From Camelus ferus (taxonomy: Eukaryota), in NCBI RefSeq assembly GCF_009834535.1, contig NC_045697.1, positions 109,742,001 to 109,806,000 of the forward strand: DNA of 64,000 bases, in the 5' to 3' direction. Shown in pieces: positions 24,811 through 34,205 of the stretch. Both the position numbers and the translations under genes were made by a program. The notes beneath the pieces are model-generated. The model worked only from the letters and a program-made list of their open reading frames with translations. It made no database searches and had not been told where the DNA came from. Numbering within the stretch: position 1 is the first letter of the stretch; the number at the start of each line of letters is the position of its first letter.

Positions 24811-25409
24811 AACGGATGCAATCTTTTTTTTTTTCTCAAACCAAACCCTGACCAATATAAATTGCAAGACAATGTTTCATTTTTCTACTTCGTTTCACAG
24901 ACAGATGTTACATGATGGAATTCATTTAACTGAAGAGTTCATTTTGTGCTTTCGTCTTCATGACCAAATACTTGCTTCCTAATCCCTTCTCATGAATTCA
25001 TACATACTGCATCCAACCGGGCTTTGCCAGACATCGTGTGAATCTAGCAACAGGTAGGTTTTCTGACCTTGAGAGCTTGTGGGAAAAAAAAATGGACATG
25101 TAAATGGTAAATGTGGCTTTTATTGCCACAGCTCCACTAAACTGCTCTTTAAAGGTCACTGAAGATTGACAACTGAAGACTCTCTAATTACCAAACCTGG
25201 TAGCTGTTTGCTTATCCACATCCCACTCACCCTCAGAAACAGTGGGCACTGCTCACTACTCCCTAGAAACTGAGCTCTGTTGTATGAGCAGGAAGGTCAT
25301 TTGTCTTGTTTTGTGCCGTGTCCCAAACACACAGAATGATGTCTGGCATGAGGCGGTATTAATAAATATTTATTGAATAAATGATTGAATACGTTTGCTT
25401 CTTTTTAAA

Positions 25410-25965
25410 AACACCTTTATTATGTTATGATTCCTGTACAGTAAACTACATATATTTCAGATGTACAATTTGAAAAAAATTTTTTTGAATTTTTTTTTTT
25501 TTTAGTTTTTTTGGGGGGTTGGGGGAGGTAATTAGGTTTGTTTATTTACTTTTTTAAGAGGTGGTACTGGGGATTGAACCTAGGACCTCGTGCATGCTAA
25601 GCATGCGCTCTACCACTTGAGCTATAGCCTCCCCCAACACTTTGATGAATTTTGATAGATGTACACACCAATGAAACCACCACCATAATCAAGACAGCTA
25701 TCATTTCTACCACTCCCCAAGAGGTGCAAATTTCAAATCCCCAATTAATTCCTTCCCTGGTAACCATAAATTTGTTCTCTATGTCTGTGAATCTGTTTCT
25801 GCTTTATTGTTTTACAGATAAGTTCATTTGTGTCCCTTTTTTATTTTAGATTCCACATACAAGTGATATCATATGGCATTTTTCTTTCTCTTTCTGATAT
25901 TTCACTTAGAATGACGATCTCCAGGTCCATCCATGTTGCTGCAAATGGCATTATTTTATTCCTTT
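25410..25965 (-). mobile_element. L1 3' UTR fragment(s) with inserted SINE
   Basis: ggtaaccataaatttgttctctatgtctgtga..tagattccacatacaagtgatatcatatgg..ccaggtccatccatgttgctgcaaatggc. Confidence 0.75.
25480..25635 (-). mobile_element. tRNA-Ala-derived SINE (Vic-1-like)
   Basis: gtactggggattgaacctaggacctcgtgcatgctaagcatgcgctctaccact, plus the gtaattaggttt segment and T-tail. Confidence 0.85.
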
Positions 25966-27752
25966 GCTTTTTAAGGTTTGCTCTTTCCCTGGTTTCTGAG
26001 ATGTTGTGATCTCCTTGTATTTCTTATTAATTTCCCCCTCCTTTTTTTGGGCATATCTTCTAAATATAGGCCTTCCTCCATATTCATTCTCTGCTTAATT
26101 CTTCCTTCTAGATTGTATTTGTTTATTAAACAAATATTTAATGGGTACTGAATACACACTAGGAATTATGTAGGAATAAGTCATTTATTTTCCTGTCATT
26201 CTCCGGTTGCACTTTTTCTGTCTTGCACTATAGTAATTCTTTACTTGTTTACTGCTCCTAGAAATTATGCTGGTTACTTGTAATCCAACAACAGGGAACA
26301 AGTCCAGCCTGCTTCTCCTCTGATTTCACCCGACTAACTTCAAACACCATCTCCATGAAGATGAATTCCAACACTTCGACTAGTCGTTGGGCAGTTTTTA
26401 AAGGATGCTCTTAGCTCAAATTCAATATGCCCATAACAGAATTGGACATCATTCACCCAAATATTCTTACTTATAGACACCCTTTATCTGGTCACCCTCT
26501 GTCTTTCACAGCTTGCCAGTCATCCAGTCTCATTACTCCATTCTCGTTTCCATCCTGCTCATTGCTCCTGACCTAGTTTAGGACTGGTCGGCTCTCACCC
26601 CGCAAGTACTGTCAGCCATCCAGCTCTGTTCCCTGGGAGACCCCCTCACACCCTCCTTCCCTCTGCTGCCCTGAATCGTTGGCCTCAAAATCTCTCAGTG
26701 GCTCCACATCTCTTGAGCAGAGCATCCTGAGCACAGCATCTCCCTCTTCTGTCCCGAATCTCCTCATCTACATTTATCCATTTATTTCACTGTTTACCAC
26801 TCTCCCTGGACTCTTGGCCATTTCTTGGCACTTTACGTGCAAAGTGCTGATGCTGTTTCCTGTCTAGGGTGCCCTTCACGCCTTGTCCAGGTGAAATCCT
26901 CTTGATCAGTCACGTACTGGCTGATCACCACCCAAGATAAGCTCAGATTAACCCAGTAGGCGTAAGTCATTTATTTTCCTGTCATTCTCTGCTTGCACTT
27001 TTTTTCTGTCTTGCACCATAGTCATTCTTTACCTATTTACTGCTCTCAGTAGACTGTCAGCTCCTTAAAATGCTGTATCTTTATGTCTCTGCAACAGCGT
27101 CTAATGTAGGAACTGATGATGGTAGGTGCTCAATAATGTGTATTTAAAAATAGTCAGAGGTGAGAAGTAAAGCGCTTTACCAGGGAAGAAGGATGAATAC
27201 AAAGTAAGGTGAGAAGAGATGCCACCAACTGGGACCAAGCGCAGTGCCCAGGGCCTGGGAGTGGCAGACACAGACTTGCCCCCCCCCCGCCCCGCCCCCG
27301 CCCCCCCAGCCGAGTGCCGGGATGCTGGGGAGTCTGTGTGAGGAAAAGAATGGAGTTCAGCTAGAGAGGTTCGAAATGCTTCTGACCCCAGAAATCGATT
27401 CTCATATTGGAGCTTGTGGAAATGATCACGTTTTGAGAGATTCTGGTCTTGACTGGTCCCAGCATCGGCCACTTCTACATTCTATCTTTCTTTATTTCTC
27501 CTTGATGTTAGAGCCTTTCGAGCACCAATGAACAAGGTAGCTGACTTGAGGAGGGATCATAAGGGTTGGACGTGCTTATTACTTGATGTCTGACTTTCTC
27601 TAGCATCTCTCTCTGTGTCTTCTCCATCAACAAACACATCCTCCAAGTAGAGATTAAGAATCTTAAGTGTTATTGTCTTGTAAAGGTTATGCATTTGGTG
27701 GAATATAATCAATCTCTTTCTCGTTCTGTCTGTACACACGTATGCTTGCACA

Positions 27753-27778
27753 GACACACACACACACACACACACACA
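27753..27778. repeat. (CA)n microsatellite
   Basis: Tandem CA. Confidence 0.9.
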
Positions 27779-28434
27779 TGCAAGACTTGAGCCAATGGAT
27801 CTGGGTCTAAATTGTGTTCTGCTGCATCGATGGAAAAGGACACTTTCAAAAATGTTCATTCATGATCTGTTGACTCACTGAGGAGTGGCTTTCCTGGACT
27901 TGTATACATGATCAGCCTTCTTTGATCTGGTAACTCCATCATTTTGAAAAACTTTAATTTTTTCCAAAACAGAAGAAAAATGCAGTTTACTTTTTGGAGC
28001 AGAGAGAGTGGCGAGGCAAGTTCTTTATGAGTTATTGCAAAATACAAGGCACAGCGGCCCAGGAAGGAGAGGGCAACTATAGGCCACCTGTTGACAGCTT
28101 TCTGGACAAATTGGAAAAGTGTGTTCCAGGGAGAGTTTGGATTGACAATGGATAAAACCACATCCTCTGCAGAAAATATGAAACTTGGGTGTGGGAGAGA
28201 TTTTATTTCCTGGTCCAATCATCAGGATTGCAGAGATCAAAACCCGAGCGAGCGCAGTGAAGTGTTTGGTGCTAGAAGATGTGTCATTTTCATTCCTGTC
28301 TGCTCGTCGTGTAGAGGGCTAACGCATTTTAATTTAGGATTACTAGCACTAGATGATCTTTGCAAAAAGGGGCAATTCTTACTGCACCTATTGTAAGGGG
28401 CATTCCGTGGTCATCCTTTTTTTTTTTTTAAATA

Positions 28435-28711
28435 ACGACTGATTGTGCCAAAGGGGAAAGGGCAGGGAGGAATAAATTATGGGTTGGGGATTGACAGACA
28501 CACATTACTATATATAAAATAAATAAACAACAAGGACCTAATGTAGAGCACAGGGAACTATATTCAATTTCTTGTAATAACATATAATGGAAAAGAATCT
28601 GAAAAGCAAAAGATGTGTATGTATGTATATGTATAACTGAATCACTTTGCTGCACACCTGAAACTAACATTGTAAATCAACTACACGTCAATGAAAAAAT
28701 TAAAAAAAAAA
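28435..28711 (+). mobile_element. L1 3' end fragment
   Basis: aaacaacaaggacctaatgtagagcacagggaactatattcaa...ctgaatcactttgctgcacacctgaaactaac followed by an A tail. Confidence 0.85.
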
Positions 28712-29917
28712 GTTTACATACCACAGGACAGGAACTACTCCTCCCACCATTTCAAGCATCTCAACAGTGTTGCACTCAGTGGGAGATATTTGGTTATCCA
28801 GCTCGAATATTCCACTTTTGTCCAAAGTCTGTGGTGAAATCCATTTGGAGTTTGGTTTGGGGTCCACTGTGCCTGGCGACTCAGACCTGGGGTCTGATAT
28901 CGCACACGTGTGCGTGGCTTGTGCGCACATGCTGACCCAACAGTGGGTCTATTCTTCACTTGCAGGTGGTAACCCTCAGTTACAGGGCTCAGCCCTCAGT
29001 GGAATCCAGTCTGGTTCCCTGAAGCCCTGTGTCCTTCCCTAGAGTAGTTTGGTAATGACACTTTATTCCTTTGCACCCATGATCTAGCATGACTCTTCAC
29101 TGAGATCACATTTTGGGTCCCCAAATATGTCTAGAAGAAATTGACTGTATTTCAAAAATAAGTAGGAAGAAAGAGTTAACTCCTGTTGGTGTGTTCATCT
29201 ATTTTAACAACATTTCTAAAGACCTTGCTTCGTGTTTTAAGCATTGATTCTCCTTTAGCACCCAGCCAATAGTCAGTGCTATCTTCATTTTAGCAAGGAG
29301 ACTGGTTGCTCAGACACCAGCATCTTACCTCATGGCCAGGACCAGCCCTTCAGCCTGTGGGAGGGTCTGGTCTCCTAACCTATAGATATTATTCCTTTAA
29401 TCACTAACCGTGTATCTTCCATGACCGCCTTCAGTTCACGCTCCACAAGCATCAGCCAGGTAACAAACAGAAAATACGACATTGAAAAAAAATCAGAACT
29501 TATACTTTTTGGCACATCTGATTCTTACAAGGGGTGGTGGGGGGGAGGTTGTGGGAGACCTTTCCAACAGCATCTGGACATAAAAATGAACCGCCTAATC
29601 AGAACAAGGCTTTTTGAAAGAAGAAAAAGTATTTCTTATTTACTTTAGGTGCCTGTAGTTTCAACCTTGAGAGTTTTATATAAAATGTCTGAAAAAGAAA
29701 CAGCGGGTGTAATCAATGTGCTATACATCGGGCAGTTACATAACTTTGTTGAAAAGGAAAAGGAAGAAAGCCCTAAGGTCTGATTGTGTGAGACACTGAG
29801 TCATGAGAGAAGGAGAAAAGAGAAAGAAGGTAAAAGCTCGTTTTTGCATGTTTTGTTTTTTTCTCCCCAGTCTTGGCAGATGCCGAGGTTAGTTATAAAC
29901 AAGGCCTGTCTGAAATC

Positions 29918-30154
29918 TTTTTTTTTTAACTGAAGTAGGGTCAGTTTACAATGTGTCAGTTTCTGCTGTACAGCATCATGTTTCAGTCATATATATACAT
30001 ACATATATTCGTTTTGATATTCTTTTTATTATAGGTTACTACAAGACATTGAATATAGTTCCCTGTGCTATATAGAAGAAACTTGTTATCTTTTTTTATA
30101 TATAGTAGTTAGTATCTGCAAATTTTGAACTCCCAATTTATCCCTTCCAGCCCC
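29918..30154 (-). mobile_element. L1 3' end fragment abutting the putative polyA end of the cTAGE retrocopy
   Basis: T-run then aactgaagtagggtcagtttacaatg...tatctgcaaattttgaactcccaatttatcccttcc. Confidence 0.85.
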
Positions 30155-30283
30155 TTTATTTTGTTTATAATTTAGCAAGTTTATTTTTAATATGGATATT
30201 GTTATAGCAAAATATAAAATTAAATGATGAAAGTTTCTTCTAAGAGTACAATTTAACTTCATCCTAAAAAAGTTCATCTATTT

Positions 30284-30638
30284 ATTTATTTAATTTTTTA
30301 AAAATTTTATTTTATTGAGGTATAATCAGTTTACACTGTTGTGTCAATTTCCAGTGTAGAGCACAATTTTTCAGTGATACATGAACATACATATATTCAT
30401 TGTCACATTCTTTTTCACTGTGAGCTACCACAAGATCTTGTATATATTTCCCTGTGCTATACAGTATAATCTTGTTTATCTATTCGACATATGCCTGTCA
30501 GTATCTACAAATCTCGAACTCACAATCTGTCCCTTCCCACCTCCCTCCCCACTGGCAACCACAAGTTTGTATTCTCTGCCTATGAGTCTGTTTCTTTTTT
30601 GTACTTATGTTCATTTTGTCTTTTTCTTTTCTTTTTTT
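30284..30638 (-). mobile_element. Young 5'-truncated L1 3' fragment with TSD
   Basis: TSD ttcatctattt (30273-30283/30639-30649) ending at a TTTT/AA endonuclease site. Confidence 0.9.
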
Positions 30639-31231
30639 TTCATCTATTTTTTAAAAACTATACATACTCAGGTGAAAAAAGGCTCTTTGACTTAAACTTA
30701 CGAATTCAGAGTTAAACTCATGACTTCAGAATTAAACTCTAGAAATAAATGCTATGGCCATCTAAAAGTTTATATTGACAAACTGCATACATTTTCAAAT
30801 TATAATGCAATATTTGTACACAGAATAACTACATATATATAACTTTACTTACATTGCTGATATATAATAGTTACCCAAACTGTCTTGAGAAATGAGGCTT
30901 AATATAGATTCAAACTAAGTAGAAGATCAGTTTCAATTACAACATTTCTTTCACAACTAATAAGAGATAATCCAAACATTTGCTGAATATAAAAATGTCC
31001 CATGCTTCATGGTGTGTTCTGGGAATTCCAATATATTTTACTTGAGAGATGTTGACCCTGAAGGAGTTCACTGCTGTACTCACTTGTAAAGTTGGAGGAA
31101 CTCTGGTCCAAAGGAGGGTATTGCCCTCCAACCACTGGCCTCAGTGCAGCTCAGGTGGAGATCTGACTGAGTGAGTGAGTGCAGCCGGGCAGTTTGGGAG
31201 GCCTGAGTGGAGGGGAGGGGACAGCACAGCT

Positions 31232-31858
31232 TTAACACAAGGGCCCACTCCTGGGAAAGGGACCATCAGGACTCGGTGCTTGGTCCCCTAGCTGGTTTGT
31301 AAAAGCCCCTTGTGATGTGCTGATTCTCATGACCTCTTCCAGAAACTTAAGCACTGTTAGCATCTCCGCCATCTCTTCTCATATAGACTGCAGGGATCTC
31401 TCTCTCTTCAGTTCTTAGACAAGAAAATTGATTTCCTTCCTCAAGCTCAGGTTGACCATCGTCAACTTCCTGTAAGTGTCAGCGAGGCTGGGTATGTTTA
31501 CTGGCTCCTCCTCCAGCCTGGCGTTCCTTACAGTTGTCTCCATCCTGGCGCACTCCTTTTTAGCCACACAAAGCTTGTCAATGAGGTGGCATTTCTCCTC
31601 AGTCTGTGCAGCCAGTGTTTTTGCCAGTTGCTTTTCATGTCTTCCATTAAGTTGACTTCTAACGGATTGAACAAGTCTGCAAGTAAATAACACACCCACC
31701 AGCAAGGTGAGGACAGACCTCAACGCTGTCTCCCAGTGGAGGCTCTGGAACATGAGCTGAGAACACAGGCCATTGGGCAGCAGCAACACCAGGACCACAC
31801 TCAGCGTCCTAAGGATCTGCCCAAAGCCAAGCTCCACAGAGGACGGCAGCCCCTCCAG
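31232..31858 (-). pseudogene. Intronless cTAGE/MIA2 (cTAGE5-like) family pseudogene, N-terminal TM + first coiled coil
   Basis: ORF 31415-31837 segment WETALRSVLTLLVGVLFTCRLVQSVRSQLNGRHEKQLAKTLAAQTEEKCHLIDKL aligns with the recalled cTAGE5 N-terminus (WELV...FFLWRSFRSVRSRLYVGREKKLA..LSGLIEEK..LLEK). Similarity continues in frame past TAA (31415-31417) and TGA (31379-31381): EINFLV*ELKRERSLQSI*EEMAEM vs EILCLEKELKEEKSKHSEQDELMAD. The expected start position reads gccCTGgag (31856-31858). Terminal TAA at 31232-31234. Confidence 0.85.
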
Positions 31859-32356
31859 GGCACTGACCCACCCAGGACTCTGCCCAGTTACTGTGGATCA
31901 CCGGCCACAACAAGCCCCAGGGGAAAACCCCAACATTCCACCTGGAACCCAGCCAGCAGCTGACATCCTGGATCGGTCAGTTACCCAGTCAGTGTCTGGG
32001 CCTTCCCAGCCCCGTCGCCCAGCCCCGTTGGAGAAGATTTTACAGGGATCGCTTCGCTTGTGCTAACTTTCCTCCTGTCATTAGTGAACCTCTGTCCCTT
32101 GAGATGTTGTGTGAAATCAGTGAGTCTCCTTGGCTTTTGCTCCGGCCTCTCGCATCACACTGATCCCTGGGAGCACCCTGGGGCAACGTCTGTGTCCACA
32201 AGGGCATGACGGTGCTAACAGACCCTGGAAAATGGGGAGGTGGATGGCATGCTCATTCACATGGGATTTTTGAATAACCAATTTTATCTCTAATGTGTTA
32301 ATATCTTTGTTCAGTTCATTCATAAAGCCAATTTTTCCTTTTTTAAAAGATGTTTA

Positions 32357-32630
32357 TAGAATACAAACTTGTGGTTGCTGGGTGGAAGGGGGTGGGAAGG
32401 GACAGACTAGGAGTTTGAAAATTTGTAGATACTGACAGGCATATATCGAATAGATAAACAAGATTATACTGTATAGCACAGGGAAATGTATACAAGATCT
32501 TGTGGTAGCTCACGGTGAAAAAGAATGTGACAGTGAATATATGTATGTTCATATATAACTAAAAAATTGTGCTTTAACTGGAAATTGACACAATGTAAAC
32601 TGACTATAACTCAGTAAAATAAAATTAAAA
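32357..32630 (+). mobile_element. 5'-truncated L1 3' fragment
   Basis: Near-identical to the reverse complement of 30310-30570. A tail present; imperfect TSD aaaagatgttta/aaaggatattta (32345-32356/32631-32642). Confidence 0.9.
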
Positions 32631-33269
32631 AAAGGATATTTAATTCATTTAGATAAGACTAGAAAATCATTTGCCAGGTGGCACTGAAGGTTAACTTACC
32701 TTTTCTGGGTCTCAGTTTCCTCAACTGTAAAAGAAGGATTTGACAAGTTTCTTCCCATCCGGAGACAATATGAGGCTACATTTAGTTTATTGCTAATCCA
32801 AACAAATGATCGTATTTTCTCTAGTAAATGATCAGGGTGATTCTGCTCCTTACCTGGGTGGCCTTGCTAGTTGTTCCAGTCTCATGAGGGCACTGAGCTG
32901 TCAGTGTGGAGGTGACTTCTAAGCCACTCACTGTCTTTGTTAAGTGAATTTTCATTTTTATTTATGCACGTATGTATGTATTTTTTTTTAGTTACTCATC
33001 CCTCTATGAACAATACTTAATAGTTTCCCCAAAGAAGTATTGGGGGAAGTCGTGGGATGGTCGTAAAATTCTGCATGGTTTTCAGAGCAGCCGCAGTGAA
33101 GTTTGGTTACTTTCAGCAGCAGCTGCTTACAAAGCTGTGTGATGCCCTTGATGTTAATTGCTTTTGGAGAAGTAACAATGAGTTATTTCTCAAAGTGTAT
33201 TTTTTTCCTTCAAATTGAGAGCTTTAAGGGAGTGTTATGTTTGGTTCCTTAAATCTGAGCTGTCCTTGG

Positions 33270-33745
33270 TGACTGACAGGGCCCTACTGGACCTGGCCTG
33301 GGCTGACAGATCTGACATCATCGCCCACCACCCTGACTCTACGTGCCAGCCACCCTGCCTTCCCTCTGCCCTACAGAGGCTCCCAGCGGTTCCCATGTTA
33401 GAGCCTGAGCATTTCCGCTTGCCTCTGATTGGAATGCTCTGTCCCCAGATTTCTGTGGCTGCCTCTTTCTTGTCATTTGAGGCTCTGCTTAGATGTCACC
33501 TTCTCAGAGAGGGCTTCCATGGCCACCTGATTCAAAACCCCCCACCCCCACTTCACCTTCAGTCCGATCATTGCCACCTTATCACCTGGTTTCATTTTCT
33601 TCACAGCAACTCATGCTAGGTAAGACAATCTTGTTCACTGATTTGTTTGTTTCTCCCTTGTAGAATGTTCTTTCCTTGAGCACAAACTTTGTTTTGGTCA
33701 CTACCGTACTCAACAAATATTTTCTCAGTGGATAAGTGAGTGAAT
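33270..33745 (+). mobile_element. L2 3' region
   Basis: ggaatgctctgtccccagat..ctctgcttagatgtcaccttctcagagagg..ctcaacaaatattt..gataagtgagtgaat. Confidence 0.7.
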
Positions 33746-33756
33746 ACTCTATGCCA

Positions 33757-34205
33757 CTGCTGTCCAATAGACCTTTCTGCAGTGATGAAAATGTTCTATG
33801 TTTGCACCATCCAATATGGCAGCCACGAAGTCACACGTGCCTCTCACACACTTGAAATGTGGCTTTTGTAACTAAGCAACTGGATTTTAAGTTTTGCTTA
33901 ATTTTATTTTATTTTATTATTTCTCTTTCTATTTCTTTTTAAAAAAATTTTTTTATTGATTTATAATCATTTTACAATGTTGTGTCAAATTCCAGTGTAG
34001 AGCACAATTTTTCAGTCATACATGAATATATATATATATTCATTGTCACATTTTTTTCTCTGTGAGCTACCATAAGATCTTGTGTATATTTCCCTGTGCT
34101 ATACAGTATAATCTTGTTTATCTATTCTACAAGTTTTGCTTAATTTTAATTAATTGAAATTTTAAATCGCCACATGTGGCTAGCGGTTACCTTATTGGTC
34201 AGAGC
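33757..34205. mobile_element. MER3-like hAT element interrupted by L1
   Basis: ctgtccaatagacctttctgcagtgatgaaaatgttctat...cacttgaaatgtggc; resumes with gccacatgtggctagcggttacc. Confidence 0.75.
33907..34130 (-). mobile_element. Young 5'-truncated L1 with 18-bp TSD
   Basis: Perfect TSD aagttttgcttaatttta at 33889-33906 and 34131-34148. Confidence 0.9.

Noticed and set aside
30691..30741. 2.5 copies of a 20-bp unit (ttaaact.a.ga.ttcaga.)
   Set aside because: Real but very short and degenerate, within the putative pseudogene 3' UTR; no functional inference possible.
31415..31837. Functional 140-aa CDS
   Set aside because: There is no ATG at the expected start, and homology continues past two in-frame stops, so it is called a pseudogene. 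CTG-initiated translation cannot be excluded but has no support here.
30284..32630. Composite transposon with long terminal inverted repeats carrying the cTAGE-like gene
   Set aside because: The 'arms' are ordinary L1 3' ends, each with its own polyA tail and TSD, so they inserted independently.
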